Assembly (NCBI GenBank): GCA_002269645.1
Contig: NIVC01000084.1
Coordinates: 558,001-622,000 of the forward strand
Direction: 5' to 3'
From: Macrostomum lignano
Lineage: Eukaryota
Length of the DNA stretch: 64,000 nt
The notes beneath the pieces were generated by a model. The model was not told where the DNA came from. It made no database searches and was given only the letters and a program-made list of their open reading frames with translations. Positions within the stretch are counted from its first letter, which is position 1; each line of letters begins with the position of its first letter. The position numbers were made by a program, and so were the translations under genes. This document shows, piece by piece, positions 12,791-24,140 of this stretch.

Positions 12791-13552
12791 TTGTACCTGT
12801 CTATCTGTACTAAGCAAAACACCAAATGAAATGGACGAGTCGACGAAAGCAGCCATCGACCTGTAGTCAAGACAAATACATCTAAACTTTGGAATGCATT
12901 ACCACACTGTATACTTGCGTAGAACTACCCCAAAATTTACCGATCTCTTTTGAGACGGTATGTTGGAAATAAATCCGCAAGGTGAAGCACTATCCAGCAC
13001 AGAGAGCGCAGCAATTCATGTTTCACTTGTTGCTTTTCAGTTTGCTTAAATTTGCCAGTTGTGAAAGCACCAAGAAAATAATTGTTTCCGACGAAAAAAT
13101 AAATAGCAAATATTTGCAGGACGGCAGGACCACCGCTGACGCCAATTCTGCCCATTCCACTAACTTCTGAGCACACACAAGCGCGCCAATACCTGTAAGC
13201 AGTCACGCACTCATAAACACGCTCACACAGGGTGCACAGCGGCCCTTTGACTTTCTAATCGTTATTCATGTACATCTCTGTGCCTTGGAGATCGGCCCCT
13301 CAAACAACTAGACATTTTAAACAATGAAGCAACAACGTTATGCATTTCAATATATTGATTTTCAACTTGCCAAATTAATCAATTAAATTAACCAGATTTC
13401 AAGTACAGAATTTGAATTTAATCTGCAGCATAAAATAATATTAAAACGCATGTAAACAATGCGCAAAACAAAACAGTAGCAATTAGATATGATTTTATTG
13501 ATTATCTTAGAATATAATTAAAGTCGGACAGTGCATATTTGGATAGCAAAAC

Positions 13553-16500
13553 TTATTCGCCAAACTTGGACCTGGCAGCCGCGGCAATGAACGGCTCCAC
13601 CGCAGGCGACACAATGTACGAGTCGCAGTGGTAGCACCACACGGACAGATCGCTAAATGACAGAGCGATGACGTGGCCAGTAGACTCGCTGTGGCTCAGC
13701 ATGTGCTTAGACACGTACCTGCCGCAGTGCGTCTCCAGGCAGGCCAGGCAGAGCCAGTTCTCGCTGCCATCCGAGCAAGTCTGACAGACTGCTCGAGCGT
13801 CAACTCCGCGACCGTCGGCTATGCGAGTCACGTGACTCGGCTGGATCACGTGAGGACAATCCGATCGAGGATGAACGGCAAAAAATTGCTGATCCTCTAG
13901 AAGAAGAAATTCAAAACCGCCGACAGCTCCGCCAGAAGCAGCAGCAGCAGCAGTTGAAGAAGCTTCGATGAAGTCTGTCACCGACGTTGCGGCGGCGGAA
14001 ACGTCCAAATTGTCGAGTTCTCGGGCCAGCTGGTCCACCGAAATGTTGACGCTGTCAGCTGATCTTCACGGGGTTACGAGAGGGAATTAATGAAACATAT
14101 TAGTCTGCACAGTATTAATTCTATACATCAATGCTTTTAAACTGAACAATAATGAACGTAAAAGCGGATCTGTGGTACTATACCCAATAAACGCATTGTA
14201 AATCTGTTCGGGTGTGACTTTAGCGCCAATAAACACATTGTACTTATGTCTGCGTGGCTAGACTATAAAAAAAAAGTAACCTCTCACCTATTAGCATCTT
14301 CTGGCAGGCTGGTCACCCAGTTCGGGATGTCATCTGGAGTTAAAATTTAGCCAGTCAAAAAATATGCCTTTATTCACAATATTTTTAAGCAACAACTCAT
14401 ACCTGAAAACTTGAGATGCTTCCAATAAGCTTTGTGAATATCGATCACTTCCCTGATTGCTCTGACACCACTGAAAAGTTTTAACATTGAGTTTAACAGA
14501 TATTAATCAAATATATTTCTGGTCGAATGCAGATTGAACACGGGAGTGAATCTGGATAGAATCCGATTAGAATCTGGATAGAATCCGATTAGAATCTGGA
14601 TAGAATCCAATTAGAATCTGGATAGAATCCGATTAGAATCTGGATAGAATCCGATTAGAATCTGGATAGAATCCAATTAGAATCTGGATAGAATCTAATT
14701 AGAATCTGGATAGAATCTAATTAGAATCTGGATAGAATCCGATTAGAATCTGGATAGAATCTAATTAGAATCTGGATAAAATCCGATTAGAATCTGGATA
14801 GAATCCGATTAGAATCTGGATAGAATCCGATTAGAATCTGGATAGAATCCGATTAGAATCTGGATAGAATCCGATTAGAATCTGGATAGAATCCGATTAG
14901 AATCTGGATAGAATCTAATTAGAATCTGGATAGAATCTAATTAGAATCTGGATAGAATCTAATTAGAATCTGGATAGAATCCGATTAGAATCTGGATAGA
15001 ATCCGATTAGAATCTGGATAGAATCTAATTAGAATCTGGATAGAATCTAATTAGAATCTGGATAGAATCTGATTAGAATCTGGATAGAATCCAATTAGAA
15101 TCTGGATAGAATCCGATTAGAATCTGGATAGAATCCGATTAGAATCTGGATAGAATCCGATTAGAATCTGGATAGAATCCAATTAGAATCTGGATAGAAT
15201 CCAATTAGAATCTGGATAGAATCCGATTAGAATCTGGATAGAATCCGATTAGAATCTGGATAGAATCTAATTAGAATCTGGATAGAATCTAATTAGAATC
15301 TGGATAGAATGCGATTAGAATCTGGATAGAATCCGATTAGAATCTGGATAGAATCCGATTAGAATCTGGATAGAACCCGATTAGAATCTGGATAGAATCC
15401 GATTAGAATCTGGATAGAATCCGATTAGAATCTGGATAGAATCTAATTAGAATCTGGATAGAATCCGATTAGAATCTGGATAGAATCCGATTAGAATCTG
15501 GATAGAATCCGATTAGAATCTGGATAGAATCCGATTAGAATCTGGATAGAATCCGATTAGAATCTGGATAGAATCCGATTAGAATCTGGATAGAATCAAA
15601 TTAGAATCTGGATAGAATCTAATTAGAATCTGGATAGAATCCGATTAGAATCTGGATAGAATCCGATTAGAATCTGGATAGAATCCGATTAGAATCTGGA
15701 TAGAATCCGATTAGAATCTGGATAGAATCCAATTAGAATCTTGATAGAATCCGATTAGAATCTGAATAGAATCAGATTAGAATCAGGATAGAATCCGATT
15801 AGAATCTGGATAGAATCTAATTAGAATCTGGATAGAATCCGATTAGAATCTGGATAGAATCTAATTAGAATCTGGATAGAATCCGATTAGAATCTGGATA
15901 GAATCTAATTAGAATCTGGATAGAACCCGATTAGAATCTGGATAGAACCCGATTAGAATCTGGATAGAATCTGGATAGAATGCGAATAGAACCCATCAGC
16001 TCACTGAACATTGGGCACCAGCTGCTTGGGCAGCTGCAGGGGCGGCAGGCCCAGCAGAGAAGCCACACAATGGCACGAGGCCTCGCCAATAGACGCCAGA
16101 TTGTAGCCGCCCTCCAGCGCCAGCACGACCCGCCCACCAGCCAGGCCGCACAGCAGGTGAGTCAGGTGACCGTAGCAGGCAGGGGTGACCTTTAATCCGC
16201 CCAGCGGGTCGCCAACTGCTGCGTCGAAGCCAGCGGAGACCAGGACCAGGTCGGGATTGAACGACTGAGCAATTGGCAGCACAATGTGGTGGAAAGCGGC
16301 CAAGTACTCGGCGTCCCCGACTCTGCCCTGTGCATTTGAGAGTGCAGGTGGGTGGGGGCAAAGTTGAGGTTGAGAATTCAACTTGGGGACGGGTGACTTT
16401 ATGATTGATCATTGGAATCCTGAGGTTTTCATTGACTGACCCACAATCTTAATCCCCACTGGCCCAGAATCTGGACTTACTGACCCAGAATCTGTATCTA

Positions 16501-19500
16501 TTGACCCAGAATCTAAATCCCACTGACCCAGAATCTAAATCCTACTGACCCAGAAGTTGTTTCCCTTGACCCAGAATATAGACTCACTGACACAGAATCT
16601 AAATCCTACTGACCCAGAAGTTGTGTCCCTTGACCTAGAATATAGACTCACTGACCCAGAATCTAAATCCCACTGACCCAGAATCTGGACTAACCGACCC
16701 AGAACGTTCATCCCACTGACCCAGAATCTGGACTAACCGACCCAGAACGTTCATCCCACTGACCCAGAATCTGGACTAACCGACCCAGAATCTGGACCCA
16801 TTGACCCACACTCTTAACCCATTGACCTAGAATTTAGACTCACTGACCCAGAATTTGGATTCATTTACCCAGGATCTTTATCCCACTGACCCAGCTGCAC
16901 CCCTTGACCCAGAATCTGGACCCATTGAGTCAGAATCTAGACCCATTGAGTCAGAATCTGGCCCCCTTGATCCAGAATCTAGACTCACCGACCCAGAATC
17001 TGGACCCATTGAGTCAGAATCTGGCCCCCTTGATCCAGAATCTAGACTCACCGACCCAGAATCTGGACCCATTGAGTCAGAATCTAGACTCACCGACCCA
17101 GAATCTGGGCCCATTGAGCCAGAATCTAGACTCACTGACCCAGAATCTGGCCCTCTTGACCCAGAATCCGGACCCACTACCATAACATTAGAACTGACTC
17201 ACATTCCAGGGCACATTAACATTGTACCCCAATCCTTTGTCGCAGCCGACATTCTCCTTAGCGCCGCTACTACCAGGATAGAAGCGGCCAAAGTCGTAGC
17301 GGTGAAGGCTGATGTACAGCACAGAGTCGTCACTATAGAAAGCGTCTTGAACTCCGTTGCCGTGATGCACGTCCCAGTCTAGGATAAGTACGCGGCGTAC
17401 TCTATTAGAATGCCTAGTCTGAGCGTAACGAGCCGCCACCACTACATTGTTGATGAAGCAGAAGCCTCGAGGCTTGTCGGATTCTGCGTGATGCCCAGGC
17501 GGGCGGACTATTGCGTAACCGTTTCTACTGCGGCCGGAGCAAACTTCTTCCACCACTGAGAGCAGAGTGCCGCAGCTCAGCTGAGCGGCATCGTACGACA
17601 GCTGAAAAATCGGTTGCGGTTCTTCGACTGGATCAACTCTCATCCCAATTAGATTGGGCTAGTATTGGATCTCCGCCTTAGGAAGTGGCAGATACCTTAG
17701 AAATCTCACCCAACAGAGTGAGACAAGCTTGGAAATCTCACACTGACATAATGAGACACACTTGCAAATCTCACAGTAAAAGATTGAGAAAAACGTGGAA
17801 ATCTCACCTCTAAGGATTCGGGAAACCTCACCTCTAAGGATTCGGGAAATCTCACCTCTAAGGATTCGGGAAATTTCACCTCTAAGGATTCGGGAAACCT
17901 CACCCCTAAGGATTCGGGAAATCTCACCTCTAAGGATTCGGGAAATCTCACCTCTAAGGATTCGGGAAATCTCACCTCTAAGGATTCGGGAAATCTCACC
18001 TCTAAGGATTCGGGAAATCTCACATCTAAGGAGTCGGGAAATCTCACCTCTAAGGATTCGGGAAATCTCATCTCTAAGGAGTCAGGAAATCTCACCCCAA
18101 ATGATTCAGGAAATCTCACCTCTAAGGATTCGGGAAATCTCACCTCTAAGGATTCGGGAAATCTCACAGTAACAGACTGAGACAGACTTGGAAATCTCAC
18201 ACTGACACAATGAGACAGACTTGGAAATCTCTCCCCTAAAGATTTGAGAAATTTCACTCCTATGTAATAGACAAGAATTTTACAAGGTTTACAGACAGGT
18301 TAATTACAGTTTTAAACATCTCACCGGATGCACATAAAGTGAATCAAATCGACTTTGCAACTCGGCAAATCTGTCGCTCTCCGAGTTCAAATTTCTCCAA
18401 GCGGCCATCATGTCAAGATTGTCGCGAGTATGAAACAGCATCGCCTCTTCGTCTGTGCATCTGCGCGAGCTGGCAAATCGGCACAGTCCAGACAGGCCTT
18501 TGGCGCACAACTGATCGTAAATGTACACAATGCGCCTAGGCAGTTCCGGGTGGCTCCGGTCTAGCAGGTTCTCGTGTCTGCACATTTTACCGTCGTAAGC
18601 CAGACAGGTGCGACAATTATTAGCGTCGGAATCGGCAGGTCGAAGGTCGGCAAGGGCTGTGAGGCGGTCGACTTCTTTGGCGAAGGCGACTAGTTGCTCA
18701 GGAGTGAGCTCTGGATTGTACTCCACCCACGGATACTTCAGCTTGGTGGCGTGGCTGGAGTTCAAGGAGTTCAGTGGCGATGTGTGTCTGTGTTGTGTCT
18801 GTCACTCTGTCTGTCTGTGTGACTGTCACTCTGTCTGCCTGTCTGTCTGCCTGTCTGTCTGCCTGTCTGTCTGTCTGTCTGTCTGCCTGTCTGTCTGCCT
18901 GCCTGTCTGTCTGCCTGTCTGTCTGCCTGCCTGCCTGTCTGCCTGTCTGTCTGTCTGTCTGCCTGCCTGCCTGTCTGTCTGTCTGTCTGCCTGTCTGCCT
19001 GCCTGTCTGCCTGTCTGTCTGTCTGTCTGTCTGCCTGCCTGTCTGTCTGTCTGTCTGCGGCACAGTTCATCTTTTATTTGACTCTAGACGCATCTTTTGG
19101 ACACTTATCTCAAAAGTGCGTTGCAAATTAGCCATAATTATAATTTCGAACTCACGTTGAATTCAAGCTGAGATGCGATATATCCGGAATCAACATGTCA
19201 CCAGTGGAGCCCTGCATTCGCAGGCATTTCCAATACGGCCTCAAAGCTGTCAGGCAGTTCAGCAAAGTCTCTTTGAAGCTATCCGACGGCTCGCCCAGGG
19301 CCTCGAGCCGGGGACAAGCGTCGCCTAATAGCGTCCTGACTGTCATGGCAACGCCTTCGCTTAGGGAAGAGAGACAATAGCCTCCCTGCGGAAATTGGGA
19401 ATAGAATTTGAATGAAAGTAATCTCGATTCTCCCCTAATTACGTGTGATTTCCTCCCCCTAATAACCTGTGATTGTCTTCCCCTAATTAAGTGTGATTTT

Positions 19501-22500
19501 CTTCCCCTAATTAAGTGTGATTGTCTTCCCTTAATTACCAGTGATCCCCCCGAATTACCTGTGATTGTCTTCCCCTAATTAAGTGTGATTGTCTTCCCCT
19601 AATTACCCGTGATTCTTCCCCAATGTTTACGATCCTCCAACCCTTTTCTGTGTTACTTCCCTATACCTGCAGACGTTACTCACCTCCAAAGCTATCACAA
19701 TGCGACCATTGGCCAGCGACATCAAATAATGAGTAAAATGAGCGAAACAGGCTGGATGAATCCGCATTTCGCCCTGAAATTTAGTTCGAAATTCTCTTTG
19801 GTATGAAAGAATAAAATCTGTATACACTAACAATGCGGGCATAGCAACCACAGCTCACCAAAGGACAACCGATGGCACAGTCAAATCCAGCTGATACAAA
19901 CACCAGATCCGGTGAAAACTGAAGTGAAATAGAGTTATTCGAGTTACTCGTACTATGTGTAGTCTGTCATCACAAGCGCCAATCTCATCTCACAACTCAC
20001 AACCTCCAATCTTATCTCCCAAGCTCCAATCTCATCTTCCAAGCTCCAATCTCATCTTCTAAGCTCCAATCTCATTTTTCAAGCTCTAATCTCATCTTCC
20101 AAGCTCCATTCTCAGCTCCCAAGCTTCAGTCTCATCTCCCAAGCTTTAATCTCATCTCCAAAGCTCCAATCTCATCCCCGAGCTCCAATCTCGTCCCCGA
20201 GCTCCAATCTCATCCCCGAGCTCCAATCTCATCCCCGAGCTCCAATCTCATATCCTAAGCTTCAATGTCATCTCAAGCTTCAATGTCATCTCAAGCTCCA
20301 ATCTCATCCTCCAAAGCTCCAATCTGATCTTTAAGCTCCAATCTCATCCTCCCAAGCTCCAATCTCATCTTTAAGCTCCAATCTCATCTTTAAGCTCCAA
20401 TCTCATCTTTAAGCTCCAATCTAATTTTCTAAGCTCCAATCTCATTTTCTAAGCTCCATTCTCATCTCACAAGCTTCAATCTCATCTCACAAGCCACAAT
20501 CTCATCTCACAAGCTCCAATCTCATCTCACAAGCTTCAATCTTATCTCACAAGCCCTAATCTCATCTACCAAGCTCCAATCTCATCTAGCAAGCTCCAAT
20601 TTTAACTTTAAGCTCCAATCTCATTTTCCAAGCTCCAATCTCATCTCACAAGCGCAAGTCTCATCTCACAAGTTCCAATCTCATCTCACAAGCTCCAATC
20701 TCATGTTACAAGCTTCAATCTCATCTCACAAGCCCCAATCTCGTCTCACAAGTTCCAATCTCATCTCACAAGCTCCAATCTCATGTTAAAAGCTTCAATC
20801 TCATCTCACAAGCCCCAATCTCGTCTCACAAGCTCCAATCTCATCTCACAAGCTCCAATCTCATCTACCAAGCTCTAATCTCATTTCGAAACCTCTAATT
20901 CAACTTGATCAATCAATAAGTTAATAACAAACCTCTGTAGCAATAGGCAGTATTAAATTATGAAATATGGCCAAATATTCCGCATTAGACAAGCCAATTT
21001 CATTCAGCGGCACGTTCACATTGTAACCAAGGCCGTTGCCAATGCCAACAAAATCGTAGTCGCCTTCGCGAAGATTTGGCCAATGCTCGCCGCGCTCGTA
21101 GCGGTGGATGCTGATGTACAGCACATCGGAGCTGTTGTAGAACGCCTGCTGAATGCCCTGACCGTGGTGCACGTCCCAGTCTACGATCAGGATTCTGGTT
21201 GGGAAGCCGGTTTGGGGAGATTTGAGGAAAATTCATCTTGTAGCAGACATATGGTGCCAATGGTATGAAACCGATACGGGATTCACCAAGCAGCATTAGA
21301 CACAGGATTCCCAAAGAGCTATAAATAAACAAGGGATTCCCAAAAAGTTATTAATAGATCCGGGATTCCCAAACAGCTATAAATAGACGCATGATTCCCA
21401 AAAAGCTGTAAATAGACACGGGATTTCCAAAGAGCTATAAATAGATACGCGATTCCCAAACAGCTATAAATAGACATGGGATTTCCAAAGAGCTATAAAT
21501 AGATACGCGATTCCCAAACAGCTATAAATAGACATGGGATTTCCAAAGAGCTATAAATAGGTACGCGATTCCCAAACAGCTATAAATAGACACGGGATTT
21601 CCAAGGAGCTATAAATAGACACGGAATTACAGCCACAGAGCTATAAATAGACACGATATTTAACAAAGCTATACAAAGGATTCCCCAAAATCAAAGTATC
21701 AATAAATAGCCACCGAAGAATTCATAACTATGACAGAAATCGAACCTCTTTCCACCGGAACTAGACAGCGCTTTCAACGCCGACAAGCAAACATTATTAA
21801 GATAGCAGAATCCATTGAAATCATCGCGCATAGCGTGATGCCCGGGCGGCCTGATCAGAGCGAATCCGTTTAATAACTCGCCATCCAGAACAGCTTGGGT
21901 CAGTTTTAGCAAACCGCCGGCTGATAGACGGGCCGCATCGTGCGTGTGCTAAAGTGAAAACAAATTTTTGTTTAAAAAAATTTTATTAACTCTACTGGAA
22001 GTAGGCTAAATAGAAAGTTATCAGTAAATTGATTTGACAGCAATTATGGTTTCTACGACTAATTACCACACTAAGCGGAGCCTCGTCAAATTTCTCTCTT
22101 AGTTTGCATCGTTCCTCGTCGCTCATCTGCTGACTGTCTTTTAATAGTTGCAGCAATTCGGGCGAGTGCAACCGCAGGATGTCTTCGTCGGTGATTGGTT
22201 CAGCCTGAGATAGATTACAAAAAAATCGCGGATTCCAATGTGAAAACGATATCTTGGCCAAGAAGCGTCCCAGAGCCGTTTTAGACAACACAAGTAAAAT
22301 AGAAAAGAATTGAATTTAAAAGACTCTTAATCGATGAGATGTCACGGTAAAAGTTGCCAAACAGTCGCGTAAGTTTCCATTTAGGATGATTTATGGTCTG
22401 CAACTCTGGAACGACTCTGGGACTGTAGGGTTGCCTCTAAAGCACATCTGCGTCACTTGATGAATTAAAATCGCATTTCGCATTTAGCGACTCTCTTACG

Positions 22501-23441
22501 ATTCTGCAACTCGCGTGATGCACTCTACTGACTCAACAGCCGCCTCTCCGTCACATTGCAGTCGTTTGAATTGTTTAAAAGTCACAAAAGAGTCACCCCT
22601 TAGCGATTCACAGCAGCGATTAAGTCTAGCAATAGGAATAGAAACCAAAACGAACACCCTAGCAACAAGCATAGTAACCACAGACAAATCCTCACACTAA
22701 TACGCTCGCATCGTTGCACCAATCCCAGTTCGCACAGCCTGGCATGGGTGGTGGTGATTCGTTCCGGGGCTTCATTAAATTTCGGATTCCAATCGTGTCT
22801 GTGCAACGTCATGCGTTCGTCATACACGAAACCAGTTCTACAAAAAGAACATAAAGGGTGTGAAATTAACTTTTTAATGCACTTCACATATGTCCTTTTC
22901 CAATGCACTTAAATAGATGCACTTTTCTTCAATGCACTTTAACCAAATAAAATGCACTTTAATGAATGTACTTTTCAAGACACTTTTAACAAATGTACTT
23001 TAATAGAGTTTCCTGACTATACTGCTTAAATCGTGTACTTTAGTAACTGAATTATATGAATGTACCTAATTAACCAATGTTCTGAAAGAAAAAGCAATAA
23101 TATCCTTATGTATTGATACAAATCAACTAGTGTACTTTATTAAATGCACTTTAACAAATGTACTAATAGAGTTATAGTAATAGTACTTCAAGATCTATTT
23201 TTAGAAAAGTTAAATAACTCACTTTTTTGGAAGTTTCAGCCGTTTATCACAGTCCTAAAATAAAAAAATAAATTACCATTATTAGCACTTAGATTTGTAA
23301 TTTTGAAACAAAAGAAATTAGCGTAGTTTATCAATAAATGACAAAAGACCGTACCATATTACTAAAAGAGCTGTCGCCAGCAAAGTGAATAACATCGGCA
23401 CTGGTAGCAACACCGCTACGAGTTCGCGTCTGCTGAGCCAT
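13553..23441 (-). CDS. HDAC6: Histone deacetylase 6: two class IIb catalytic domains plus C-terminal ZnF-UBP, about 1015 aa, 15 exons
   Basis: Exons 23441-23355, 23254-23223, 22837-22696, 22204-22067, 21948-21746, 21194-20933, 19918-19859, 19773-19684, 19385-19156, 18787-18325, 17601-17203, 16327-16005, 14470-14403, 14333-14288, 14063(or 14051)-13553, phases consistent. RPPGHHA, DWDVHHG, SAGFD and LEGGY each occur twice. ZnF-UBP motif C..C...ENWLCLAC...CGRY...HM..H...TGH. Confidence 0.95.
14555..15980. repeat. 22-bp minisatellite, about 65 copies, HDAC6 intron 12
   Basis: Unit gattagaatctggatagaatcc, itself a dimer of related 11-mers. Confidence 0.97.
16432..17175. repeat. About 21-bp degenerate minisatellite, HDAC6 intron 11
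   Basis: ctgacccagaatct(a/g)gac-type units. Confidence 0.92.
17700..18250. repeat. 24-bp minisatellite, HDAC6 intron 10
   Basis: Unit ggaaatctcacctctaaggattcg with degenerate flanks. Confidence 0.93.
18785..19057. repeat. (CTGT/CTGC)n microsatellite, HDAC6 intron 9
   Basis: Tetranucleotide run up to the exon 10 acceptor. Confidence 0.95.
19430..19622. repeat. About 24-bp minisatellite, HDAC6 intron 8; same family as 25375-25610
   Basis: ttcccctaatta(a/c)(g/c)tgtgatt units. Confidence 0.85.
19975..20885. repeat. About 20-bp minisatellite, HDAC6 intron 6
   Basis: Unit aagctccaatctcatctcac. Confidence 0.94.
21300..21660. repeat. 29-bp minisatellite, HDAC6 intron 5
   Basis: Unit gggatt(c/t)ccaaa(c/g)agctataaatagacac. 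Confidence 0.92.
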
Positions 23442-24140
23442 GCAAAAATTTTACAGCATTAAAAAATTTATCTCTATACTGTAACTACAACTACAAAAGT
23501 ACAAATCCAACTACTAGGAGGGATAATTAATTTATATCTTAAACAGATACTACTTAGTAGTAGTTCGTTAACTTTTTAGAAAATAATATTCGTTCAAACT
23601 ACTTATTAGCTAAGTAGTCTAAACGATTATGCTAATTATATTATGGGTTGTACCTACGAGTAAAATACCGAATTAGTCCGGTTTTCTTTCACAGAAAAAC
23701 TAACCTACAATACTACTTAAAATTAGCATGGTGACAAAAAACCCTAAGCTAGCTGAAAAACGAAAAATAAATGTCAATAAGTAATAAAAATTCTACTTTT
23801 TAATTTCAATAAAGTTTGGTCGCATAATGTGACCCCGAAAGATTTTTCATTATATTATGATGAATGATCTACACATAATTTTTAGGTGGAACATTACGGA
23901 GCTAAAATAAACATATGGTATTTAAGGGAGTTTAGAAACGTCTAAGAAAAAAATGATTTGCATATTAGAAAACCTGCTAGCTACACACGTTACTAACAGT
24001 AGTCTATAAGAGCAAATGTACGAGTTGGAAACAATCGACGTTTTCATCGGGTTTAATTAGAAAAAGTAATTCCTTTGAGACAAGGCCGTTTTATAATAAG
24101 ATATGTGGGAAGCGATTGCGGCTCCATCTGTTTCGAGAAT

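Noticed and set aside
12982-13170. Small ORF with hydrophobic MFHLLLFSLLKFASC
   Set aside because: Short, AT-rich and in the probable 3' UTR or intergenic space, with no other support.
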